Of a stretch of 64,000 bases of DNA, positions 1 through 13,510 are shown piece by piece. Below the pieces are notes generated by a model. That model was not told the origin of the DNA. It worked only from the letters and a program-made list of their open reading frames with translations, and did not search any database. Numbering within the stretch: position 1 is the stretch's first letter; the number at the start of each line of letters is the position of its first letter. Source of the DNA: Vicugna vicugna. Taxonomy: Eukaryota. The stretch lies in NCBI GenBank assembly GCA_013265495.1, contig MU058531.1:2542911-2606910 (forward strand), in the 5' to 3' direction. The translations under genes were made by a program, and so were the position numbers.

Positions 1-1980
1 AGCATGGTATCATTTAATTCCTGTACATTGAAACAGAAAATAGTTCTGAAGTTATGTGAGATACATTTCTGCCTCCAGATGGCACTGTTTCTTTAACAAG
101 CAAAGGAAAAACTAATTGTTTTACTTATAAGTTGAATCTTTTAAAATTTAATTTAGGAGTTAGTTGATATGTTCCTGATTTTCTAGTCAGGTTATAAGGG
201 TTGAAAGTATTTTGGTTTCAACTGTAGTATAACTCTCTAGGAAGTCCAAACTAATTTTCTTAACAGCCTTTAAATTACAATTAGTGATCTTTTTCAGAAA
301 TGTTTTACCAAATAATTTAGTGTATCCTTGTGTTTAAATAGAGGAACAGTTATAATGAATTTTTTTTTCTGCATTTCTTTCCTTGCTCCTATTTCTTTAA
401 AAATGAAATACAGTGAGTCAGTTCGTGCACATGTTTTCTAGTGATTATATTTGTCTGGATTATCAAGTAAGCAGAATCCTTAGTCCTTAGCAAAGTCCTT
501 TCAAATGTTGACTTTAAAACACGTTCCTGCCTAGAACTGCTGCCTGAAATTTTTCCTTAATACAGCACAGCCACCGACTCCCTTAGATTCGTTTACCATT
601 ATAGCCTGTGGAAAGTATTAATAAACTTCTAAAAATATAAAATACCCCTCCCCCAAATTTAATTTAAATGTGTCTTAACCTGGATAGTTTATGGGAAAAG
701 TGGAACCTGTTCTTGATGTCACCTCAGAAAAGTAGATCAATCAACAAATTTCTAAATAGTAACAACAAAAAATAATAAATAACTTTTTGTTTTTTCCCTT
801 TATTTTTCCTTAGTTCTTTTTTCAAAAAATTAGTGAAAATTTGAATCACTTTATCCAGAAAGCATATAATTATAATGGCTTTATTTGCCTATAATGTGAG
901 TGGCTTCATCATCATCATTTTTATAATTTTTCTTCCTTCAGATAAATACTGTGTTTGTTTTCTCTCATGACTTCAAAATGTTTAGATTTTTGGTACCACT
1001 CCCCTTCTCAAATTTTGAGTTTTAATTGGCCATATTGCTTTTTAAACATCCAGGAAAATGTGAAATAACATCTTTATTTTATTTTAATAAAATTCTACAT
1101 AGTAAAAAGGGGAATTAAGTATAACATTGATTTTAAAGGTGGATTTACATTAGGATTTTAAAAGAATAGCCATTTCTTTTTTAAATCTAAAATTTCACAC
1201 AGTAGTTTTTGCTCTGTGAGTTTTGAAGGAGAGGAGTCTCTTGCTAATGGTTTTTAAAATTTTATTAGGTATCTCGATCCCTTCCTGCCTGCATTAGAGG
1301 CATCTCCAAAAAGCAAGAGAAATCACACGGAGCAGTCTGAGCACAGCAGATAGGAAATGTAGTAGAGAATAGGAACAGTCAGACACCAAATTTTCTTTGC
1401 CTTGTGATAGAACAAGTGAGTTGAGCATTGTGGGATGCTTACACAGTTCTGAGCTGTAAGACTCCCTTATCCAACTCCTTTCTAGAATTGCAGAGATTCA
1501 GTGAAGGTAGTGAGACATGAAATTGAGGGGGCTGATGATGGACACTCAGGCAAAATGCAAAGTGGTAATAATAAACACTTTTAGATTGCTTTGGAAAATC
1601 AGTATATAAGCGGTATCGTTGATGTGTGTTATGGTCTAGTTCCACAGGCCATAACCATTTGCTGCCTTGGGTATCTACCCATAATGCTGTTAAGGAGGTT
1701 AGAGAGATTTATTACTGCCATGGCTAATTACTGCACTTTAAATAAGACCCCCTCCCTTTCCATTTCACTACTATCTCATGTTTTAAAAAATAATTCTGTG
1801 AATGTTTAATACCCAGTTGTTTTCTCCCTTACATACAAAGAACCACAGTAAATTAAGTTAACAGGCAATTTGAATAGCTTAAGATTCTATATATTAATTG
1901 TCTCCATAGTGTTCACTTAGTAAATATTTATTGAGCATAACTAAATACCCAAATAGTGTACCCAGTAGGTGCAAGGAAAC

Positions 1981-2140
1981 TATTTTTGAGTACCTACTGG
2001 GTACCAAGTACAGCTAGGTACTTTAGTGGTAGGAACTTGTGTAATGCTCAGAACAGCCCTCTGACAGGGTGATGATGATTCTGTTTTCATAGATTTCAAA
2101 ACACTAGGATTTACCAAAGTTGACTAATTCACTCAGTAGG
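1981..2140 (-). mobile_element. MIR SINE fragment
   Basis: Degenerate MIR-like core read on the reverse strand (tttgagtacctact...acagccct...ctgttttcatagat). Confidence 0.5.
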
Positions 2141-2240
2141 TAATGATAAATGAAATAGTGGCCATCAAACCGCTTACCATTTTCTCAAAACCCTGGCCCA
2201 TATTCTTTATTGTCATTTCTCCATTATTCATTATTAGCAA

Positions 2241-2781
2241 GATGGTGATTTTTTTTTTTTAATGACCACAAATTTCTTGACACTTCCTATCATTGAGAAG
2301 TGGGGATCTATGCCCCCTCCCGTGGAATCTGGGCAGGCTTGTGACTGCTTTAATCAATAGACTACAGTGAAAACAATGTTGTGAGACTCTGAGGCTAGGA
2401 CATAAAAGGCAATGTCATTTCCACTTTAGTCCAAGCATGGAACACACATGCTTGGAGGCCTGAGCTGCCATGTAAGAAGTCCAGGTACTCTGTAGCCACC
2501 ATACTGTGAGGAAGGCAAGCCACATGGAGAGGCTGCTTATCCCAGGTTCCAGACATGTGAGTGAAGAAACCTCCAGATAATTCTAATCCCCACGTGTTGA
2601 GTCATTCTCAGCCTTCAAGTTGTCCCAGCTTAGATGCCGGATATAGTGGAGCAAAATCATCCCCACTGTTCCTTGTCTGTATTCCTAACACATAGAACCT
2701 GTGAGGATAATAAAATGCTTGTTATGTTAAGCCACTAAAATTTGGGGGGTAGTTTGTTGCTCGGCAGTAGTAACTGGAACA
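2241..2781 (+). mobile_element. MaLR solo LTR (MLT1G/H-like)
   Basis: Typical MLT1 motifs: gaatctgggcaggcttgtgactgcttt, tgagctgccatgtaagaagtcc, and a 3' end taagccactaaaatttgggg...agtaactggaaca. Confidence 0.8.
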
Positions 2782-2959
2782 GCAAGTGACATAAACCTTT
2801 CCAGCCCACATGATCTCTCCTGTTTTGCTACACTTTTACTCCCCATGTAATCATTACTAATTTGTTAATATTTACTTATTCTGTGATTACTTTATCTGTG
2901 TACTTTTCTATCCCAGCTAGGTTATAAACTTCTTCAAGACAGCAATGACTTTGAAAAAA

Positions 2960-3082
2960 ATTTTTAGTAAGTACTTATCTGCTATCAACTCTGTTATAAG
3001 CACTGTTCTGGATGCCAGGGATTCATCAGTGAACAGAAACAGGAGCAAACTTCCTGTCTTAATGGAGCTTACATTTTAGTAG
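2960..3082 (-). mobile_element. L2 3'-end fragment
   Basis: gcactgttctggatgccagggattcatcagtgaacag...atggagcttacattttagt matches the reverse complement of the L2 terminus. Confidence 0.6.
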
Positions 3083-4361
3083 ATGTTTTGTACCTACATT
3101 GCTCGAATGCCGAATTTATAGTGGCTGATACAATATTACTGATAAACTCCTCAATCTTAAGAGTTTTCTGAGGAGATTTGCATTGCATTAGAAATTTTAA
3201 CAGATACTAATAACTTAAGTTGCTATAGTTTATTTTGAGTCAGATCTCATTTTGTTACTGCCATATTTAATACTTACTAAAATTATAGTGAAAAAAAATT
3301 ATAGTGAATAACACTACCTTATCTTGAATTCCTTTGTTTGAAGTAGTGTTTATTTTCTTCTGTAGTAGAGGAGAGATCCTGGTTCAAGTTTTTGTTGTCT
3401 GTATCAAATTTGTGTTAGACATCTGAATAGGGAGAGAAGAAAAATCTTTATTGGAATTCCTTCATAGTAAGGCAAGCATGCAGGTGGAAAGATGTCTACC
3501 AGTGGTTGGTTTTCTTCAGCCCAACATGGCAGTGAGTAGTAAGTGGTTAGACATTGTGAAAATTAGAGAGGGGGCCAAAAAAGCATTGAAATGTAAAAAT
3601 GGTACATTTTCATTGTTCATATTTACCTTCTGTTACACTGTTCTTTCCAAAATTTCTTAAGGCACAAAACCAAAATACCAAAGTAAGTGTTCCTGATTAT
3701 ATTTTTTAAAGTTACAGCTCATATGACATCCCTTCTTCAAAGCTTTTTATCAAATAAGTAATAATTATTTCCTCCCTTGCTTACTCAGAATTCTTTGTTT
3801 TAAACCTCTAATATACCACTAATCATGTTTTGTAATACTGTATATCTCCCTGTATTGTGAGATCCTTGAGGGTGGGAGATATTACAGTCTTTATACTGCT
3901 CTTATTCATAGCTATGAAATGAATGATACATTAGGTTAAGTTGTATTCAAATATAGTATGTTACTCATAATGGTGAGTGATACTTAGGTCTCTTCTTAGT
4001 CAAGTTAAGAATCTAAACAAGTATTAGTTTTACCAGAAATACTGCATTGCTGTCACTACTGTCCCCAATCACCATCAAATTAAATCTACTGGCCAGGGTG
4101 GCAAGTTGTCCACCCTCCTTAAGGTGATACAAAACATTCCAGGGGCTTTTACAGTCCAAAACCTGAGAGAAAGGCAGAGATTGTTGTAGTTTTAACCTTT
4201 GAAATACTTCTGTCCAAGTCTGTGTGATCCTTTAAAGGAAAGGCACAGGCATGAAGATCTTTCCCCTCAGTTGCTGAGGACACAGTGCCTAGTTTTCAGT
4301 ACCCCAGTGTCCCTCCTGCTGTTCTGTCAGAGTATTGCTGTCTGAGTGGATGAGAACCCAC

Positions 4362-4800
4362 AACTATTATTTCTTCTTTTTCTAGTTTCTTAAGATGGAA
4401 GTTTAGGTTATTGGTGTGAGATCTTTTTTTTTTATATAGGCGTATATTGCTATAAATTTCTGCCTAAGCTCTTTTTTCATTGCATCCTATTAATGGATGC
4501 AACTTTATTTAATGAATTTAATATTGTGTTTTTATTTTTATCTCAAAGTATTTTTTGATTTTCATCATGATTTCTTCTTTGACTCATTGGTTATTTATTG
4601 GAGTTTGTTGTTTAATTTCCATATATTTGTGAATTTTCCAGTGTCTTTCTTTTATTAATTTTTAATTCCATCCCATTGTAGTCAGAGAACTTTAATTTAC
4701 TTTAACTTCAGTCCTTTAAAGACTTGTTTTATGGCCCTAACATATGCTGTATTCTGGATAGTATCCTGTGTTCACTTCAGAATAATGCATGGTCTTCTGA
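4362..4800 (-). mobile_element. Old L1 ORF2 fragment
   Basis: T-rich L1M-like antisense sequence (tctagtttcttaagatggaagtttaggttattg...gctataaatttc...atttgtgaattttccag). Confidence 0.65.
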
Positions 4801-5074
4801 TTTGAGCTATAAGAACAATTCAGAATTTATAACTAATAGGTTATACTACTAGATAAAGACAAAAAAGATGATAGTGAGGTTGGGGGAAAAAAGTAGTATC
4901 TAGTGAAATAAATAGAGTACTTCCAGCCAAAAATCCAACAATTTTCTTGGACTTTGAATGAATTTCTAAAATATTAAACCAAAAAAAAAAAGCCCAAAAT
5001 TTAGAATTTTTAGAAAACTTGTTTTACCTGCTTCCATACTGTTTCTTATTTTTTGTTTTGTTGTCCCCCGTTAG

Positions 5075-5254
5075 GATGCCCGACATGCAGCAGAAGGGGA
5101 AATATATACCAAACTTAATCAGAAAATTGATGAATTTGTGCAGCTTGCTGATTATGACTGGACAATGTCTGAGCCAGATGGAAGAGCTAGTGGCTATTTA
5201 ATGGATCTTATTAATTTTTTGAGAAGCATCTTTCAAGTGTTTACTCATTTGCCT
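5075..5254 (+). CDS. EXOC6: EXOC6 (exocyst component Sec15-like 1) internal coding exon, 180 nt, phase 0/0
   Basis: Acceptor ...ttgtcccccgttag|GAT and donor CCT|gtaagt. Translates to DARHAAEGEIYTKLNQKIDEFVQLADYDWTMSEPDGRASGYLMDLINFLRSIFQVFTHLP, recognised as mammalian EXOC6 rather than EXOC6B. Confidence 0.96.
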
Positions 5255-5417
5255 GTAAGTATAAAAAAGTTTCAAAAAATTTTTATAATTTTGTTACTAA
5301 AGTGTAATTTAGAATTCAGTTTTAGTTGGAGGCGTATTTGTTTAAATGAACTTCCTAGCTTGAATGTTTCCTTTTCTATTTTTATAAGTCAATTTGTGAA
5401 GAATCTTAATTTAGCCA

Positions 5418-6793
5418 TTTTTTATTGAGTTAAAATTGGTATATAACATTATATAAATTTCAGATATACAACATTATAGATCGATATTTGTACACACTAC
5501 AGTGACTACCACCATAAGTCTAGTTACCATCTCCATTCACCCACTTTACCCTCCCCCCAATCCTACCCCTCTGGTAACCACCAATTTATTCTGTGTATCT
5601 ATGACTTTGTTTTGTTTTGTTTTGTTTGATTTCATGTAGCGTAATAACCTCATGGTCCATCCATGTTGTCACAAAAGGCAAGATTTTCTTCTTTTTTTAT
5701 GGCTCCATAGCATTCTGTTAACATATATTTGTTACATTTTCTTTATCCGTTCATTTGTTGATAGATACTTAAGTTGTTTTCATATCTTGGCAATTGTAAA
5801 TAATGCTTCAGTGATCATAGGGGTGCATGTATTTTCAAATTAGTGTTTTCCTTTTTCTTTAAATAAATATCCAGAAGTGAAACAGCTGGATCATATGGCA
5901 ATTCTATTCTTAATTGTTTGAGGAATATCCATACTGTCTTCCATAGGGGCTGCACTAATTTACATTCTCACCAACAGCAATGAGGGTTCCCTTTTCTCCA
6001 TGTTTTCTCCAATACTTATTATTTCTGGTTGTTTTGATGATAGCCATTCTAACAGATGTGAGGTGATATCTCATTGAGGTTTTGATTTGCATTTTCCTCA
6101 TAGTTAGTGATGCTGAACCTCTTTTCATGTGCCTGTTGGCCATCTGTATGTCTTCTTTGGAATAATGTCTCTTCAAATCTTCTGCCCAGTTTTTAATTGG
6201 TTGTTTGGTTTTTTTGTTATTGAGTTGTGTGAGTTCTTTATATATCTCAGATATTAACCTCTTATTGGATATATGATTTGCAAGTATCTTCTTCCATTCA
6301 GTAAGTTCCTTTTTCATTTTGGTGGTGATTTCCTTAACTGTGCAGGAGCTTTGTATTTTAATGTAGTCCCATTTGTTTATTTTTGCTTTTGTTTCTCTTG
6401 CCTTTGGAGTCAGATCTAAAGAAACATGGCTAAGACCAATGTCAAGGAGGTTAACGCCTACATTTTCTTATAGAAATTTTATGGTTTCAGGTCTTACATT
6501 CAAGTCTTTAATGCATTTTGAGTTAATTTTTGTGTATGGTATAATATAGTGGTCTATTATCATTCTTTTGCATGTGGCCGTCTAGTTTTCTCAACACTGT
6601 CGCTTGAAGAGACTGTTCTTTCCCCGTTGTATATTCTTGGCTTTTTTGTTGTAAATTAGTTGTCCATGTATGTGTGGGTTTATTTCTGTGCTCTCTATTC
6701 TGTTCCATTGATCTGTGTATCTTTTTATACCAATACCATGTTTTGATTACTGTAGTTTTGTAGTATAGTTTGGAATCAGGGATCATGATACCC
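5418..6793 (-). mobile_element. 5'-truncated L1 (ORF2 C-terminus plus 3'UTR), antisense to EXOC6
   Basis: ORFs 5955..6317 and 6523..6795 translate to L1 ORF2 motifs ([32 protein letters not shown]). Poly-T at 5418, with atttagcca on both flanks as a likely target-site duplication (TSD). Confidence 0.93.
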
Positions 6794-9329
6794 ATTTAGC
6801 CAATTGTTTGAAGTTCTAACAGGTTTTACTTTTTAACCAAGATAACTACAACTCTCTTCCCAACAAAGCCAAAACAAAACCCTGAAATTGACAGAGTAGG
6901 CTTAAATAGACATAAACTCCAGTAAGAGTAGTTCTCATGAAAGTCAGATAATCAATAGCTTTTCCTGTTACTGGATAGTATTGGATATTTTTAGGCCAGA
7001 GATTAGAAGTAAAATAGGAGCATTGTTTTCTCCTAATATACAGTCATAGTACATCTACATCTTGAATAATCTGTTGATTAACATTAAAAAGAAAAGATGT
7101 AACAGGGACATTTGAGTGTGAATAGGCTAAAACACTGGATTCTTCAGATGAGGAGTGCAGAGACCAAAGAGATTATGGTGGGATGCACATTTTCTTGTTA
7201 AGGATATTCAGAAGTAATGTAACTACTGTTAAAATGTGAATGGAATAGTTTTGTACAAATAAAACGGAGAAATTTTATTGACCTTTTTAATCTTGTGAAA
7301 AGATATAGCTGAACACAAAAATATTTACTCTGGAGCCTACCCAACTGCCCCCAACAATCTCCTTTGTTTAAAATGAAAAAAAAAAAGTTATTCTCCTTAT
7401 CCTTTACTCTTTCGCCATCAAAGAGCCAATTAGAATAGTTGAAGGAAGGTGTTGCTAAAAATAAATAGAAGAATATTCATTTAAAAAGAAAGAAAGAAAG
7501 AATAAAGACATGCATGTGTGCACACATGTACACAGATACACACATCATGTTTCCGTCATGTTTCTGTGTTGCAGTATCTGGTTCAGTGGTTGACATGGGA
7601 TAATGGGTAGGAATTCTGTATGTAAAATTCCTGGGGTAGGATTAAGAGAAGTTGTGTGCTAGAAGTGTTTGGGGTAAATGCCTCACTTCAGGAGGCTGAC
7701 TAGAGGGAAATCCTGCTTTCTCATAGGACATACTCTGCTGACCTTGAGAGTGACAGACTCTTGGGACTTGTCTGATCTATTATGAAATTTTGTATAGTTT
7801 TAGGTTAGTCTTTCTGTGCCATTTTGGATTGTATGTCATCTACCATGGGCTTTTCTGCAAAGAAAATACATAGACTTATAAATTCAACAATAAATACAGG
7901 ACATGACCAAATAAGAAGAAAATTATAATTCACAACTAGGAAAAGAAAAAATGGTCCTAACAACAGTATATTCTTATTCGAGGGATGAATTAAAATGTAT
8001 AATTTCCAAGCAAAAATACTAAATTATTGACCATGGTAAATTTTAGCATGAGTTGGTAATTATATTACAGCTTAGTGTATTAGTTCTCTGAAATCCTGAA
8101 ATTGAATAAAATATTCAATTAGATTGTGTTCTTTCAAGCGAAGAACAGAGGTAATGTTACATTTTAAATGTATTATTTTTCTAAACAACATATGGAATTA
8201 CATAAGTTACCATTTTTATTTAAATGTTTTAAGCTGAAAATGATTCCTTATTTTCAGGTTACCTTTGGACCCAAATAGAAAAAGGAGCCAGTTTTGGACT
8301 CCTTCAGACTTAAAAAAAGCTTCAGAAGATACTTATTTATCAAAGTCAGTCCCAAGTCAGTCAGCTTCAGTGGAGCTAACTATCCATTTATAGACATGAG
8401 GAATTACATAAGGGGCTAGTTTTGGCTCCATGCTCCCTTGTTAGATTTGGCAGTGTAAATAAACAATGCCATGAGTTAGAGTCAGTGGGAGCTGTGAAAC
8501 TAAGGGCCTCTCTTTCAAATAGTGCAAATAGTGGCCAGTATTGCAAATGATTGGACAGAGAAGTAGATTCTGTGGGATAAAGATGACTCTCTCGACCCCG
8601 ACCCTAACCTAAGACAGAACACTTGTAGTTTAAAAACTCCATTCTTAGATTCATTGCATATAAATTTTTTTGTCAGTCCCTACTATTGTTGCAAAATAAT
8701 ATTTTCTCCATCAAAGATAGTCATGATGTGTAGTTGCTGACCACATTGCCCAGTAAAAGTTCCACTGATTCTAGAAATGTTACAATCTACCTGATAAAAT
8801 TTTGTTCTCTGCTCACAGGGTATGAGAATAGTAGAAGTTAGTGGATAATAATGGTTTTGATGGAGCCCAGAGAAAGAACTTCATTGTTTTCTCTTGTCTG
8901 CTACACTGGTAGCAGTAGAAAGCTGTAGGATTTGGAAGATCACCATTAATGTCCACTTTAAATACCTCCTGTCTCTAGAGTTGGATGAGTGATAGAATTG
9001 ATTACTTCCCTCACCTGATTTTCTTAAGAGTCAGCCAGTGCAAGCCTATGCAGGGAATGGAAAAGTAAAGAGCTTCTTTGCTTCCGTGTTAAATTACCTA
9101 CTCATCTGCATTTCCCTGTGCTGTAGCAGAGAAGCCAGGCTCTCCACTGGCCATAGGAATTAACAGCAAGCTAACTAGATATTTATAGTAATGACAATTA
9201 TTTCCCCTTTAACCAAAATGTGAAGGTGCCCTGCTTCAAGGGAACTTGCCATTTTATGACTCAGAGCTAAACCCATTTATCTGTTACTGTTCTTGGGGGC
9301 CAGGGTGCTGAAGGTAGGAAAGCACAGGA

Positions 9330-9545
9330 TGGGCTTTAGAGCTATGTTTGAACCTTAGATTTTTAATTTCCTGTCTCTGGGATCCTGGCAAGTTGCTTAA
9401 CCTCTCTGAGCCCCTTACCTTTTGCAAAATGGGCATAATCCATTTTTGGATAGGACTGTCAGAGGATGAATTAATTACTGTGTAAAGTAGTTGATTGGCA
9501 GGGTGCTTGGCATGAAGTAGGTACTACTAATAAATGTTAGTTCTG
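9330..9545 (+). mobile_element. MIR SINE
   Basis: ggcaagttgcttaacctctctgagcc...aaaatgggcataat...gtgcttggcatgaagtaggtact matches the MIR core. Confidence 0.7.
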
Positions 9546-11739
9546 TCTTTTCTTCTCCCTTCTTCCTCTATTATTGTTTTAAGGACCTTTATAATATTAG
9601 TTTTATTTTAATGTCTTTTTATATTTTTCTTGTATTTATGCCTACATTTGTAGCTCGATATTATTTAGCTTTGAGTTCTATACTTTTGTATTACATAGCC
9701 GTTTAAAAAACTTCTTCATCAATTGCGAAAGATATTCACTATAAAGCATATTTATTTGAATAATTATTATAGCTTGACTGCAGTGCTTATAGTGGCTAAT
9801 GGTCAGATGCTAGCTAATGCCAGTGAAATATGATTAGTATATGAAATAAATAATTATTTTATCCCCAAATCAGTATTCTTGGAATCAGCAATTTTTACTA
9901 TTTGAAATGTGTAAGTAACCCTTTAGGTTTCAAATAAGTTTTTTCCTGGCAATTAGAAAATACTGCTAAGTATAGAAGAAAATAAAAATTACCTGCTGTT
10001 ATCCTATGAAAGGATAAACATTGTTAAGATTTTTGGCATGTGTTCTACAAGTCATCTTTTTCTGTACATTTATGACACTCATTTTTAAGCCTAACTTACA
10101 ACCAAGCTTTGTGGGGTTTTTTGAATAAGATTTTATATTAGCCGTAAAACTTTAAACCAGAAGAATTTTTAAAAGAATTAGGCATTCATTCACCACTTAC
10201 AAGTATATAAATAGAAAAAATGTTGAGCACCTTTTGAAGATATCTAGTAAATTCTTCATGACAGCTGAACGGAACTCAGTAACTGTTCACTATGATATGA
10301 ATGATGATTTTTAATTTCTTCATTTGTGTATTTGCAAAAGGAACCCAGTTTATCCAAATGTTTATACTGACAAATGGTTATCTTTTACAGAAGAAGTAAA
10401 AAGATCTTGAAGGGTCAGTTTGCTCATATTTCTTTCGTTATAGGAACTCTCTATTGTTTTAACTCTAGCCATGATGTAATCTTCTGTCCTTATATTTGCT
10501 ACTATTCTAGAGATGTTAAATAAACTAATCTGGTTTCTGTTTGAATGTAAATATCAAAACTGTTTTCTTCCCAGAAAGATATGTTTTCCTTTTACTTTCA
10601 AATATGATTAACTTTTGATTTTCTGCATTAATAGAAGTGGTGTAATGAATAGGAAAAAATGATTGAATAATAAATACATGATTTTTAGGAATAATTAATT
10701 TATCTCTGCCCTGTGATTCTCTAATTACATGTTAATGTGATTGAATATTTTTCAAGAAAATCACTATCTGGTTATAGGTAATATCTCACTTTGGAGAACA
10801 GATCCCTGAAAGGCTGTTCATAAAAAGAACATCTGTTAGTAGAGTCATTTCTTCCAGTATCTTTTACTCTGAGATTAGAGATGCCTTCCTACTAAGAGAA
10901 AATGACGTCAGAATCATGTTGGGAAATGATTGTGAGAGCCTGTTGCGCATGTCTCTTCCCATCTGTGCATTCAATGATGTCACATTGCTAGTCATAGTAG
11001 GAGTAGTTAGACCATGGAAATCAGCAAATCTTACTGATCAAGTTTTTTTCCCCGGAGAATTATCGTTAAACATTCACTAGCATGGCACTAAATATAGCAT
11101 AGCTTTTAAAATCACATTGTTGAAGACAAATTACTTTTTATTAAGTGAAGAAGTAAATAAGAGTATATGTTCAATAATAAAATGTAAAATACTATAGTAG
11201 AAATTTCTTTTAAGACAGTGAGATGTGCTGTTATTTTATATTTAAATTTTTATCTACTTCTATCTGTTTCCCTTTTTGGGTATTTCCTTTAACAGGCTTT
11301 TCCCTTGGCTTAATTTTTTGCTTCGGGCTAGTAATGATTTACTGATGTGCCAGTTTAGTATCTTTGTAAATTCTTTATGCTTAGGGCCATAGTCTCTTTC
11401 CCTACTAAATGTATCTGGTGCCACTAAATTTTTAATTTTCATTTTTTATTTCTATAAATGGTTAAAAAACATATTATACTTTCTTTAAGTGAGAAACAAG
11501 TATGTATATCCCATAAATGAAAATGCATGATTTGGACAGAAATGGATAGTATGTAACTTTTAAAATCATTCTCTCCTTAAGAACTTTTTTCTGAAGATAC
11601 AGCACTGTATTGAAAATGTTGAGATTTGGGGTCTAGGCCTGATTTTTCCAGTTAACCAGCATCATGGAGGGAGACAAATCATTCAACCTCTGGACTAACT
11701 TGCTAATGTCTGTTTTACTTCATAGAGTTTAATATAAAG

Positions 11740-13310
11740 CTTGTTTTGTTTTAATTTACTTTTATTTCAATTAATATGTGTACATGTTAATAAGTCAAGT
11801 AGCCCAGGAGAGTTTGGGATGAAAAATAACCTCTTTCCTCCCCCACTCCCTCAGTCCTGCTCTCCCAGACAGACTACCATTGTCACCATGTGTTTTCATT
11901 TCTTCCAATGGTTATCTTAGAAAAATTGAGAATGTCTTGTGAATTCCTACTATGAAAGATAAGGCACACATAGCAACTTCTTACTTCCCCCCTATCTCCC
12001 ACTGACTGTTACATTTTGTTTTATTTCTTCTATTATCATTTCTTTATATAAAAATAGTTGTACTCCTATTTTTTGTTCCTTTAAGTCAGTATCTTAATTC
12101 TGTTCTACGTGAAATAAAAGTATTAGCCTCCCTACCATTCTATCAAGTTCTTAACCTGCTGTTTTCTGACAGCTACAGAGGCCTTTGTCTCTGATTTGTA
12201 CCACTTGCTCTCTAGAATTGCTGTGTAGCTGTTAATCTAAGACTTTCCTTCTCTGTTCTCCAGGTTTGGGAATGGTTTCCTGAATTCTGTGTATTGTTTT
12301 GTTTTGTTTTGTTTTGTTTTGTTTTTGCTTGTCTGGTTAGCTTTGCTGAACTGCCTCAGTAACTTCCTCCTATTTAAGTCCTTGCATATCATGAAATATC
12401 TTCTGTCCTCATGTTTGATTAGTAGTTTAGTTAGTTATATAATCCTAGGTTGAATAGCTTTTTCTCTGATAATTTTTATTGCATTCCTCCATTGTCTTCT
12501 GATATCCAGGGTTTAGGATCTGTTTTTTATTTCTTAATATTCTAACATGTCATGAGAATGTGGAGATGTAAGCTTTTATTTCTAGCTCTTTACTCATGGC
12601 CTCTTTCTGTTAAAGGGGAAATTCAGCACAGGAAAATTCTCTTTTATTATTTTTTAGATAATTTTCTTCCCTCCACTTTACTGTTCTCTCTTTCTTGGAC
12701 TCTCATTAATTAGATGTTAGAGTGCCCAGATTGGTCGTCTATGTCTTTTATCCTTTTCCTTTGTTTCCTGTCTCTTTATATTTTTTTTGCTTTATGTTTT
12801 GGGAGAATTTCTCAATTTTATTTGCAGTCCTTCCATAGAATATTTTGTTATATTTTTAATTTCTAAGGAATCACTCCTGTTTTAAAAGTGTTCCTTCTTC
12901 ATAGACTACCGTTCTCTCTTTTTTAAATGGATATATTATCTTTCAAATCACCCTGAGATATTAGAGGGTTTTTTAAACAAGATATTTTCTGTTTCTTGAA
13001 CTATCTCTTTTACTCTTGAATAGGTTTTTTGTTTCTTTGTTTTTCTCATTCTCTTTTAACAGACAAGGTCTGGAGTGCTGATGTGGGTTTACTCTGCTGC
13101 TGTGTAAAAACTCAATTTTTTGATAGATTTTCCCCCTTAAGTAGGAATCTGACTGAAAAAAATTTTTTTTTCTTTTTTCTTTTTTTGTTTATTTTCTTTT
13201 TGTTGCTATTGTTTTCTTTTTCATACTTCAACTGGAAAATTCTTGAAATTTGAAAGGCATTTTGCTCAAAATTCTTCACCTTAGAGTGAGCAGGTGTGGA
13301 ACTATTTATG
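11740..13310 (-). mobile_element. Highly degraded ancient LINE (L1ME/HAL1-like)
   Basis: Long T-rich tract with L1-antisense-like phrases (ttcctccattgtcttct, ctcattaattagatgttag). Family uncertain. Confidence 0.4.
12296..12325. repeat. (GTTTT)n microsatellite
   Basis: Six tandem gtttt units. Confidence 0.9.
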
Positions 13311-13330
13311 AGATTGTGGTTTCCTCTCCT

Positions 13331-13510
13331 CAGGGCTGACGTCATGGATGTGTAACCATGGAGTCATGGTTACACAGGGTCTTAGATTCAGAAGAGTCCT
13401 GCATGTGGTTTGGGGCTCTGCTGTTGTCTTGAAATTCTTAATGATTTTTGAACAAGGGACCCTGTATTTTCATTGTGTACTGAGCTCTACAGATTGTGTA
13501 GTCTTCTCTG
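13331..13510 (+). mobile_element. MER91A-like hAT-Tip100 non-autonomous element
   Basis: cagggctg...ctctgctgttgtcttgaaattcttaatgatttttgaacaagggaccctgtattttcatt...tgtagtc matches the MER91A consensus as recalled. Confidence 0.75.

Noticed and set aside
5138..5428. ORF-track 96-aa ORF (also 26982..27164 and 41353..41535) as stand-alone genes
   Set aside because: Each is an EXOC6 exon read through into intron. The true limits are the splice sites.
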